DNA from: Chthonomonadales bacterium
Lineage (GTDB): Bacteria; Armatimonadota; Chthonomonadetes; Chthonomonadales; Chthonomonadaceae
Direction of reading: 5' to 3'
NCBI GenBank assembly: GCA_038217285.1
Contig: JBBQPO010000157.1
Coordinates: 1 to 14,728 of the forward strand
Length of the DNA stretch: 14,728 nucleotides
Made by a program: the position numbers and the translations under genes. A model generated the notes under the pieces. That model was not told the DNA's origin and did no database searches. It was given only the letters and a program-made list of their open reading frames with translations. Shown in pieces: positions 1 to 8,500 of the stretch (position 1 is its first letter; each line of letters opens with the position of its first letter).

Positions 1-94
1 TTCGCTACCTATAGTGTCTGCCGATCAATTTAAAAACCGATCGCAGGATTTTTCGACTGACGGCGTTGTCTGATTTCTAGCGGTAGTCGCAAAA

Positions 95-295
95 TCATGG
101 ATTTGTCCACAGACAGTGGCAAATATGCCTGTGTAGTAACCCTCCGGGCTGTTCAAGACTCACACGTAAGGTAGCTTTCTCTAGCGATGCCGTCTTCTTT
201 CCCAGAAGGCGCTGCAACTCTACACCAGACGCCTCCGCCTGGCGGACTTCATCTGCTGAGAGAGACTGGTTGTTGGGGTACATCAAGGCTTGCAT
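95..295 (-). pseudogene. Probable N-terminal remnant of an excisionase-family (HTH_17-like) DNA-binding protein, frameshifted and truncated
   Basis: ATG at 295 has an AGGAG RBS and a sigma70-like promoter upstream. The N-terminus (SADEVRQAEASGVELQRLL...LRVSLE) resembles the leader of excisionase-like regulators. A shifted frame after ~140 reads VTTQAYLPLSV, like the 'IELPASA' segment of that family. No HTH is present before the stops. Confidence 0.4.
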
Positions 296-312
296 AGGGT
301 TCTCCTCTGTCC

Positions 313-341
313 ATTATACGAAATAAACGAAAGGAACGCAA
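313..341 (-). promoter_or_regulatory. Sigma70-type promoter TTGCGT-N17-TATAAT for the 95..295 gene
   Basis: Minus-strand TTGCGT at 341-336, a 17-bp spacer, and TATAAT at 318-313, just upstream of the RBS and ATG. Confidence 0.6.
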
Positions 342-588
342 GGGGCAAAGATATATTATTTTACTCGCTCGGTATTTTAGTAAGGGGAGACCGATGCAGA
401 AGCAAACGCGGAAAATTGCTCTTCTGCCTGAAGATGACCGTTCTTTTGACCCATTCAACGCCTTAGTTCGGCAGGAATACTAGACATTGACGTTTAGATA
501 AAAGGACAGCAGTCCTGAGCCGTTTGTGGCTCTCTTCTGCTGTCCATCGGGTAAAGTTTCCTAACGACCAAGAAAGGAACTTGCCCCG

Positions 589-1131
589 ATGCATTCTAAC
601 ATATTTTCGACCCTCATCGACTTTCGACACAAACTCTACGCCTGTTTCGTCAAAGCAGGCGATGTCTTGATGAACACCGTTGATGCGCTCCTGAGCCATA
701 CCGACGCACAATCGCTCGTCGAACTCTCCCTCTCACCCGCCTTTGAGAGGCGATGGAGCAGTCTCTATGACGCTTTCGACAACGCCAACATCGACCGGGA
801 GGCCCTGCGCAAACTCTTCATGAATTCCCTGCCCAAGACCGCCTTAGGACAAAGACGCGTCTTCGGAGTGGACGCCTCCTCCATTCCTAGACCGCTGTCT
901 AAGACGGCACGCGACCGCACCTATGTGCATGCGTCTAACCTGCCCGAGGGAACCAAGCCCGTCACCCCCGGATGGCAGTTCTCAACCATCGCTCTCTTAC
1001 CCGAGAAGCCCAGCAGTTGGACCGCACCGGTGGACAGCCTGCGCATTCCCAGTGACAAAACCCAAGGGGAGGTCGCACACCAACAACTCAAAGCCCTCGC
1101 TCCCTTGCTTAACGAGAGCGATCTGCTCCTA
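589..1131 (+). pseudogene. 3'-truncated IS701-like/DDE_5-type transposase
   Basis: AAAGGA RBS before ATG 589. Motifs FRHKLYACF, ELSLSPAFERRWSSLYDA, GVDASSIPRP (first catalytic Asp) and PGWQFS...SSWTAPVD. Transposase-like sequence stops at ESDLLL (~1131), about where the second catalytic Asp is expected; the rest of ORF 589..1377 is read-through into foreign DNA. Confidence 0.8.
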
Positions 1132-1160
1132 GAAGCGTGGCCGAAAAATCGCCTTCCAAA

Positions 1161-1175
1161 CAATACCTTCGCCAA
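1161..1175. repeat. Terminal inverted repeat (downstream end of the IS)
   Basis: CAATACCTTCGCCAA is the exact reverse complement of 2697-2711. Confidence 0.92.
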
Positions 1176-1240
1176 TCCTGACGCAATATCATGCGCCCTG
1201 TGTCTCGATTCCGATAGGCAGCGCGGTCTTACACCCCGAA

Positions 1241-2609
1241 TTAGGCCGCCCTTTTCAGTTCGGCGACCGCTGCGGAGCGTTTATGGATGCAACCGAGCCG
1301 ACTCGCCTCCTCCAAAAGACGCGCAAGTAATGCCATCCGGCCGATCTGGAAGCATTTTTAACAGCGATTCGAGATAGTGACGACCCCGATAGAAGCTTTT
1401 GAGGTCCACTATCCCCGCTCCAGGCGTAAAGCGGCGAAAGTCCTCCAGAAGATAGGTCGTCAGGTTCACCAGAAAGAACGACAGACCGATCCCATTGGCA
1501 ACAGAGGCCTTTTTCACTCCCATGAAGTCCTCCAGACCAAAGTGCTGCTTGGCGTCCCGGAACGTAAACTCGATCTGAAAACGCAATCGGTAGTAGTCGA
1601 GCAAGCATTCTGCCGACAAACAGAGATCGCTGCTAAACAAAACGATGTGGCCCACACGTCTGCTTTCGACATGGGTTTTGACGACAATCACCACGTTGAG
1701 ACGACAGGCGAACTCCTTGTGTTAGCAAGACACCTGATACATCTGGGTGCAATATCCGTCCTGGGTCTCCTCCGAACATAGCAGATGAGCGGGCAAGTGC
1801 GCATAGTCGATTTTGTCGCCATATTTCAGACGAGGATGCAAGGCCTTTTGCGCCTCGGTAGGTTCTAGCCACAGCGCGGCGTTGTAGCGCATTTTGGAAA
1901 TGATGTGCAGACCCAACTGCCGCACCATCTGGGTGGCCGGATGATTGCCGAAGTGACCGTCGAGAACAAAATAGACGAGTTTGATCTTGTCTTTGAGCCG
2001 CTCTTTCACCTTTTGTCCCTGGGCAAGAATGCGCGTGAGTTCGGGGTTTAGGATGACGTCGGCTTTGTTCTTGTTCTTGCTGCCCTTGGGGCGTCCGCGT
2101 GGTCGGGTCGCTTCGGTCTTCTTGACAGGCTTTTTGCGCGCTTGTTTTCGGCTCTTGGCCGCCTGCTTTTCCTCCTCGCTGCGTACGACTTGCTCGGTAG
2201 CGAGGGAGTAGGCTTGACGCTTTCCGACATGAATGAGAGCCATCGAGAAGCAAGAGATGCCTGGCACGGCTTTGTCGAACAAGGACGAGAAGAGGCGGTC
2301 GAGGCCGAAGGTACATTTTCCGGATTTTGTGATGACGCTTTCATCTCCTGCGAGGAGATAGACGCCCTTTGGGTCCCAGCAAAACTTCTCGAAGAAGCTC
2401 CATTGGATGGCTTCCCAGTCGATCTTGGTATGGAAGAAGCGATGCACGGTGCGATAGCTGGCTCCTTCTTTTGTCCATCGGGAGATGCCCAACTGGGTGA
2501 TGCGTCCTGTCATGGCGAGCATGGCCACGATGATAGAATGCAGTTGCCGACAGGATGTTTTGGACAAAACGGGCGAGAGCATGAGCAGAAGGGGTAAAAT
2601 ATTGGGCAT
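1241..2609 (-). pseudogene. IS4-like DDE transposase disrupted by an in-frame stop (1722-1724) and a probable frameshift near 1320
   Basis: ORFs 1722..2609 and 1281..1694 are in the same frame, split by one TAA (QVSC*HKEFACRLNVVIV). DDE motifs LAGDES, VLDGHFG and YRLRFQIEFTFRDAKQHFG are present. An alternative frame near 1320 gives RLLEEASRLGCIHKRSAAVAELKRAA*, ending at 1241, which looks like the family C-terminus. Confidence 0.85.
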
Positions 2610-2696
2610 GGGTTTTCGACTTTCGATAGTTGTTTTGTTGGCGCTTACAACTTCGATCCGAAAGCCCTATATTCATGCATGATCCGCTATTCTGTT

Positions 2697-2711
2697 TTGG
2701 CGAAGGTATTG
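2697..2711. repeat. Terminal inverted repeat (upstream end of the IS)
   Basis: TTGGCGAAGGTATTG is the exact reverse complement of 1161-1175. Confidence 0.92.
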
Positions 2712-2739
2712 ATTATACTACGATTTTTTACGGTGTCAA
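2712..2739 (-). promoter_or_regulatory. Consensus sigma70 promoter TTGACA-N16-TATAAT abutting the IS end
   Basis: Minus-strand TTGACA at 2739-2734 and TATAAT at 2717-2712, with a 16-bp spacer. Confidence 0.65.
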
Positions 2740-2856
2740 GGGTGTGGGGAGGGCAACGTTTCATACGGTTCTATTTTCTCGCAGGAGAAAATACTGCACC
2801 ATTAGAAACAACGGAGACGACGTAGAGAGAGGTACCTCCCCGACGGGGTCACTATA

Positions 2857-3462
2857 CTATTCAGCAAGGCGTCTCCCCCGCGCTACAAACGACGCCCAAT
2901 AGTCTTGCCCAAGCGCGACCAGTTGCTCCAGACTAAAGGGCTTACCATCGCTGCGACTGGCGCTTATGCTGCTGCAACGCATAGAGACCGTGCAGAACCG
3001 ATCATTTATCTTCTCGCCGTCCTGGTAGCCAGTAAGTTGCAAGGCGGCCCTATCCTCGCTGCGTACAAGTGTCGCATCGGTCACATTTAGCGGATCGGTC
3101 GCCAACGAAGCCTCGAATTCATTCCATCCGAGGGATTGCTTGCACCCTTTCCCCCAGTATTCGGCAACCAGACGTCTACTTTCCTCGTCGTCTATGCCCT
3201 CCATTACCTTGAACTCTCCCGGCCACAAGACGGAGATAGTCGATTCGACCGACGTGACTGCGTCCAGGTGGATCAGAAATCGGACATCCTTCCCATCTTC
3301 CATCAAATGAGAGACTTCCATTTCGAGACGGACGGATCGACTCAAGAGATCGGAGGTACACGCTAAGAGTGTCCCATCGTGCAGGCAATCCCACAGAGAA
3401 TGGACATCGCTGCTTGGCGGCAAACGAGTCCAGTACAGATCAGGCGACTGCGGTTCATCCAT
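2857..3462 (-). CDS. Hypothetical protein (~201 aa)
   Basis: Open frame with globular, acidic composition. AGGAGAGG RBS precedes ATG 3462, preferred over the GTG at 3486. No family recognised with confidence. Confidence 0.7.
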   Translation of the reverse strand: MDEPQSPDLYWTRLPPSSDVHSLWDCLHDGTLLACTSDLLSRSVRLEMEVSHLMEDGKDVRFLIHLDAVTSVESTISVLWPGEFKVMEGIDDEESRRLVAEYWGKGCKQSLGWNEFEASLATDPLNVTDATLVRSEDRAALQLTGYQDGEKINDRFCTVSMRCSSISASRSDGKPFSLEQLVALGQDYWASFVARGRRLAE

Positions 3463-3871
3463 AACGGGTCTTTCCTCTCCTGTCACTTCGTGTCATCGGG
3501 CTGATTTCGGACAACTTTTGATAACCCCGCAGGGTGATCACGCTCTGAACCATCGGACATTTTTGGACATCGCCTTCGGTCGTATCTAGTCCGTATCATT
3601 CGATTCTGACAGTGGATTAGCCGAAAGTCGTCACATTCTGCCATAAAATGGCCTAACCCGTCTGATATCGCCCTGCCGTTCCGCGTCACCGCGACTGCCG
3701 TAACATCCAACATAACTCAGGAAGTGTTGGAAGAAGCGCGGAGTGCTTTGCAATAGAACCGTGTTCACTTTCCCGGTCTCTATGCAGTGTTAAAGGATGG
3801 AAGCCACTCCTATTGAAGGTTCTCCGCAGGGCGGCTGAGTATCTCTGTTGCAGTCGCCATCCTTATGCTGA

Positions 3872-3901
3872 TTGACACACGATTCTTAATTACGGCATAA
3901 T
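3872..3901 (+). promoter_or_regulatory. Sigma70-type promoter TTGACA-N18-CATAAT for the two-gene nucleotidyltransferase unit
   Basis: TTGACA at 3872-3877 and CATAAT at 3896-3901, in AT-rich context ~90 bp upstream of the inferred start. Confidence 0.55.
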
Positions 3902-3990
3902 ATGGTTTGAGAACTTGGCCTAGCAATACATATGAGACCAAACCTCTCCGCTTTCTGGATGATGCCTACAATGACCTCAGGAGTCGCAAT

Positions 3991-4221
3991 TTGAACGACG
4001 AGGCAGAAAAACGCCACTCGCTGACCAAAGAACAGCAGGCACAACTCGACCGCGCTCTTTCCGGATTTGGCGCACAGGGCGCCAACGGATACGACCTGTC
4101 GCAGTTTCGAGAAAATCTGCGTCGAACTCCGACAGAGCGGCTAGAGCGTTTGCAAGCTGCGGTCAAATTTTTTGCTGAGGTAAAACGAACCCGTGGAAAC
4201 CGACTTCCAAAAATCGATTGA
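3991..4221 (+). CDS. Small helical protein (76 aa), partner of the downstream nucleotidyltransferase
   Basis: AGGAG RBS 7 nt before TTG 3991. Contains the GYDLSQFRENLRRTPTERLERLQ motif (xDxxxxRxNLxxTPxERL type), which I recognise from small genes upstream of such NTases. Overlaps the next gene by 29 nt. Confidence 0.7.
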   Translation: MNDEAEKRHSLTKEQQAQLDRALSGFGAQGANGYDLSQFRENLRRTPTERLERLQAAVKFFAEVKRTRGNRLPKID

Positions 4222-4687
4222 GTTGATGGTCGCGAGCGGAGTCCGGTTCGTTATTATCGGTGGGGTGGCGATGCGTTTGCAGGGCAGTTCTCACGTCACG
4301 GACGACATAGATTTCAGCTACTCCCGAGATCCGGAGGGTTTGCCGGGCCTCGTAGAGGCATTAATCCACTATCATGTTCGCTTGCGGGACTTCCCGGCGG
4401 ACCTACCTTTCTTCTTCGATCTGCGTACTCTCAAAAATACACAAAACCTTACCTTGGTGACCGATGTCGGTGACATAGACCTCCTCGCCGAACCTCCCGG
4501 CGTCGATAGCTTTGAGGGACTATGGGAAAGAGCGAACGAGATGGATGTTTTCGGAATTAAGGTCCGTGTCGCCTCCCTCGACGATCTCATCGCCATGAAA
4601 CGCGCCGCAGGACGCCCAAAAGATAAGCAACATTTACTTGAACTTCAAGATCTTCAGCAGTTCGTACACGACGAAAAAACCACTTAG
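4193..4687 (+). CDS. Pol-beta superfamily nucleotidyltransferase (164 aa)
   Basis: Motifs FVIIGGVAM...G.SHVTDDIDF (GG and DxD), GDIDLL (third Asp), and C-terminal VASLDDLIAMKRAAGRPKD. Confidence 0.85.
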   Translation: METDFQKSIELMVASGVRFVIIGGVAMRLQGSSHVTDDIDFSYSRDPEGLPGLVEALIHYHVRLRDFPADLPFFFDLRTLKNTQNLTLVTDVGDIDLLAEPPGVDSFEGLWERANEMDVFGIKVRVASLDDLIAMKRAAGRPKDKQHLLELQDLQQFVHDEKTT

Positions 4688-4689
4688 TA

Positions 4690-4713
4690 CCGCTCCCCGT
4701 GATAGGGGAGCGG
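4690..4713. terminator. GC-rich hairpin between convergent genes (possible terminator or REP-like palindrome)
   Basis: CCGCTCCCC-GTGATA-GGGGAGCGG forms a perfect 9-bp stem 2 nt after the NTase stop. There is no clear U-tract. Confidence 0.45.
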
Positions 4714-4748
4714 AATTGTCAATGACTCAATTTGTTACAATCGTCACC

Positions 4749-5549
4749 CTATTGCGCGGAGATGTCGTCGACCTGGACGATGTGGTTCATGGCTTGATAG
4801 GTGTCGTCGCCGAGGCGTTCGCGAGTGGTCTCCTGGCCTTTTTGGGAGAGGATGCGGTAGGTGACGACACGGTAGCCGACGGCGCCGGGGTTGCGGAGGT
4901 AGGCGCTGCCGGCGTGGGTGTCGGATCGGTAGGCGACGCGTGTCAGGTTCTGCGGCGTGACTGTCTCCAGAATGTCGGAGGTGATCTGCGCCGACTGAGG
5001 AGGCTTTTTTGCGCCGTAGAGGCGAATGTCCAGCATATCGCCGCGCGACTCGGTGTGGATGCGCAGCGGCCAGGGATAGGGATTGCGGAAGCGCAGATCG
5101 ACGGTGTACTGCGCGACGGCCGCATCCCGGCCCGGCGGCACATAGTGGGGTGCGAAGACGTGCGGGTGCCGTTCGAGTATTGGCAGGCCCGCCAAGAGCG
5201 CCGCGTTGTAGAGAGTCGTCGAGGTCTGGCAGACCCCGCCGCCGTAGGCTTTGATGAGCTCGCCGTCGTAACTGACCGGCGCTTTCACGTAGCCCGTATC
5301 CTGCGCCCAGGAGCGCACGATTTTATTGAACGAAAAGACAGCGCCCGGCGGAATGACTCTGCCGTCCAGAAACTCTGCCGCCCGCTGCGCATTGTGGCGT
5401 TGACTGGCGGTGCGGCCTTTCAGACTGGTCGCATAGCCCGCCATCTCGACCTCCGGGGGCGGAGCGGAGGAGAGGCGGAAAAACAGTCCGCCTCCCACCG
5501 CCAGCAGCGCCACTACCACCCCCGCCTCCAACCAGGGCAAGCCCTTCAT
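4749..5549 (-). CDS. VanW family protein with N-terminal membrane anchor and C-terminal G5-like domain (266 aa)
   Basis: Motifs RHNAQRAA..LDGRVIPPGAVFSFN, YGGGVCQTSTTLYNAALLAGL, ERHPH...YVPPGRDAAV and DLRFRN. The C-terminal GAVGYRVVTYR...DTYQAMNHIVQV is G5-like. AAGGAG RBS; starts 15 nt after the A2M stop. Confidence 0.92.
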   Translation of the reverse strand: MKGLPWLEAGVVVALLAVGGGLFFRLSSAPPPEVEMAGYATSLKGRTASQRHNAQRAAEFLDGRVIPPGAVFSFNKIVRSWAQDTGYVKAPVSYDGELIKAYGGGVCQTSTTLYNAALLAGLPILERHPHVFAPHYVPPGRDAAVAQYTVDLRFRNPYPWPLRIHTESRGDMLDIRLYGAKKPPQSAQITSDILETVTPQNLTRVAYRSDTHAGSAYLRNPGAVGYRVVTYRILSQKGQETTRERLGDDTYQAMNHIVQVDDISAQ

Positions 5550-5564
5550 CTCGATGCTCCTTCG

Positions 5565-8500
5565 CTACTTGATCTCGACACGGGTTTCGGCGGTTTCGGC
5601 ACGGGTCTCCGGCGTGTACATGCCCTGCACCAGCGTCGGCAGCGCGTGATAGCTGCCGGGGGTCTGGGCGCGCAGATTGTACTCGATGACGTGTTTGCCC
5701 TTCGTGATCGTCTTCGCGAAGAAGGCGATATGATCATCGCGCACGTCCACGCCCTGCCACCAGTAGCCCCATTCGACCACCTCGCTGGCATCGCCGCGCT
5801 CGTTGACCTCGCAGCCGGACGGGAACGGGTCTTCCACGAGGACATAGGCCATATCGCGGGGCGAGTCTATCGTCAGGCGCACCCGGATGCGGTCGCCCTG
5901 CGCCAGTTGATTGTTGGTCGGCTCCGTCTGCAACGACCACGAATCGCTCCCAACCTTCTGCGGTTTCAGGCGCAGATACTCGCGTTTCACCGTGAGCGTC
6001 TCGCCTTTGATCGGGGGCGGCGAAAAGGCGGGAATATCTTCGGTGGCGAGGGTCTGCTTCCACTCCACCGAGTAGAAGACGGGAATGGCGCCGCCGGTGC
6101 GTTCCAGGGTGACATCGTTCTTATCGGGACGGAGTTCCGAAGCCGGAACATGCAGCGTCAACTGCGGCTGTTTCATCAGGTCGGGGGTCAGCGTGTAGGT
6201 CTGCCGCACGACGCCGTTGAGCTTGATCGTCACCTGCCCGCCGGACGTGAAGTCCGACTTCGACTTCAGATAGTCGCAGAAAGCGGCCAGAGCCCAGGCG
6301 GTATCGCGGGTGCTGCCCCAGTAGGTGCCGGTGCGATGCAGCATCATCCAGCGCAGCATCGCGCCTATGCGCGGCTCCTGCGAATTGACGGCGAGCAGTG
6401 CGCGCAGCGCCATCGCGGTCATCTCGCGGTCGTCCCAGTCCCAGGAGTAGAGACCGGTGCTGTCCCGCCAGTGCAGCATTCCGTCGGTCCAGACGGCCTC
6501 ACGGTTCATGTTTGCCAGAGCGGCCGACGTGTCGAGGTTGATGAGTTTTGCCGTCAGAACGAGGTAGGCATAGCCTGCGCCGTGCATACGCCTGCCAACG
6601 AGACGGTCGTACTCCGACCGTGCCGTGGCGTTGTCGCCGTTCAGGGCGAGCGCATAGAGCAGGAACGCCGCCGTATCCGGGGCCGTCTTCGGGTCCCGAG
6701 CCATTTTCGCGGCGATAGCTCGCCCTTTCGTCAGCACCTTGTCCGACACCTTGTAGCCCTCGGCCCGCGCGGTCGCCAGCCCGTAGAGGACATAGGCCGT
6801 CATCCAGGGATCGTCGGCGTCGTGCTCCCACCAACCCCACCCGCCTGTCTCCGCATGCTGGAAACGCGTGAGGCGATTCAGTCCAGCGTGGACCATACGC
6901 GGCAGTTGCTCCTGGTGCTTCGTATCCGCCATCGCGTGCAGGGTCAGGGCGCGCTGCACCAACAGGTCGGGCAAGAAGCGGCTCATCGTCTGTTCGGTAC
7001 AGCCGTACGGGAAACCGATCAGGTAGTCCGTCGCGCCGACCAACGAACCGGCGATGGAGGGCGTGATATGCACGGTCAGCCGACTAAGCTCCGGCACGGC
7101 CTTCGGGTCGAGGCGGATCACCTCCGTCTCGGGGTTCTTGTCGGTCACCTCACCCGCGAAGGCCGTGATGACCTCGCGGCCATGCGGGCGAATCGGCAGG
7201 CTCGTCTCGACGCCATCGGTGAACTGTACGCCGTTGGTGCGCGGGGTAAACGCTGTCACCTTCAGCTTCGCTGCCCCGAAGCCGTCCGCCGTGACGTTCC
7301 AGACGACCTCCCCGATCTTGCCGGGTTCCAGGGTCAGGGACTGCACGGCAGCGCTGTTGATCGTCAGGTTTTCGGTGGTCAAATGAACCTGCGCGGTCTG
7401 CGCGACGCCGGTATCGTTGTGTACCAGGGCGACCACGCGGGAGAGATCGTGCTGGGTCAGGCTGCGCGGCGTCTGCAGGCGCACCAGGAACTCTTTCGAA
7501 ACAAGCACTTGCTGCGTGGTGCGTCCCAGGCGGGTATCGAGCGTGTGTGCGGTCGCCGTCGCGCGCCAGGTCGTCAGGTTGTCCGGCAGGGCGAACGAGA
7601 CTGTCGCCAACCCATGTTCATCGGTCTCCAGGGTCGGGTTCCAGTAGGCGGTGTCCGGGAACTTCTTCCGGGCCGCAATCTGCGGCTCGGCCTTGTCCGC
7701 ATCCCCGAGATACTGGATCGCAAACGAATACTCCGTTGAGACGCGGTTGTAGCGGTTTGGGAAGAAACTGTCCCGCAACGCCTTCGGATCGTCCTTACGC
7801 AGCGCGTAGATCGACTCGTCCACGACGCCGAATGACAGTTCTGCCGGGACGGCGTGCCCCTGAAGATCGGTCGTCTGCACGGTATAGCGAATCTTATCCC
7901 CCGGCGCATAGCGCGCCAATGTCAACTTAGCGCTGCCTCCCGCCGTGCCGCCTGCTGCTTGATGCTCGGCACTGGCCGTATCCCGATCTGCGGTGATCTT
8001 GACGTTGATCTGCTGTCCAGGAGTGGCGACGCGCAGGGCGGTTTGCGAGGTGGCGTAGTGCTTCTGCCGCACATAGCAGGCGGCGAGAACGACGTTCGGG
8101 CCGTAGTTGGGGGGTAGCGGGACGTGGACGATGGTGCTGTGCTGCTTCAGCACGACCGACTGGGTGGCGTAGACGCGGTTGCCCTCGACCGTCAGCAGCA
8201 CGGTCTGCCCGATGCGACTGGCATTGATGAGGACGCGCGCCGTCTCGCCGGGGTTGTAGTGGCGCTTATCGGTCAGCAGCGAGAGATCGGCGTACTCGGT
8301 GTTGAGGTCGCCGCCCTTCTCGTCCGCCACCCAGAGATAGGAGGTTCCTATGATTTTGTGGCGTCCGCTGTCGAAGGCGCGGGCCTTTATATAGAGCTCT
8401 CCGGAGCGCGGTGCGGTGACGGACACGACCGCATGTCCATCCGGGCCGGTGATCGCATGCAGGGTTCCGACCGCCGTGTAGTGATAGGCGAACTTGCCCT

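Larger units (their letters stand above)
1161..2711 (-). mobile_element. IS4-like (DDE) insertion sequence, 1551 bp, with inactivated transposase
   Basis: Perfect 15-bp terminal inverted repeats CAATACCTTCGCCAA (1161-1175) and TTGGCGAAGGTATTG (2697-2711) enclose a DDE transposase. No flanking target-site duplication is visible. Confidence 0.88.

Noticed and set aside
103-111. TTGTCCACA, a DnaA-box-like 9-mer
   Set aside because: Single copy with no cluster or origin context, so likely chance.
1132-1377. C-terminal part of ORF 589..1377 as real transposase sequence
   Set aside because: It reads through the junction and the TIR into the antisense strand of the second IS.
1722-1724. Programmed read-through or alternative genetic code at the internal stop
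   Set aside because: The codon is TAA, other genes use standard stops, and a second lesion in the same gene points to simple decay.
3483-3713. 76-aa minus-strand ORF
   Set aside because: No recognisable motif or convincing RBS. It cannot be supported, though a gene remnant is not excluded.
4749-5549. Vancomycin-resistance locus
   Set aside because: VanW-domain genes are widespread outside van clusters, and there is no vanA/B, vanH, vanX or vanRS here.
4638-7739. 1033-aa plus-strand ORF
   Set aside because: It is the antisense shadow of the VanW and A2M genes. High-GC codon bias suppresses stops on the opposite strand, and it has no RBS or recognisable motifs.
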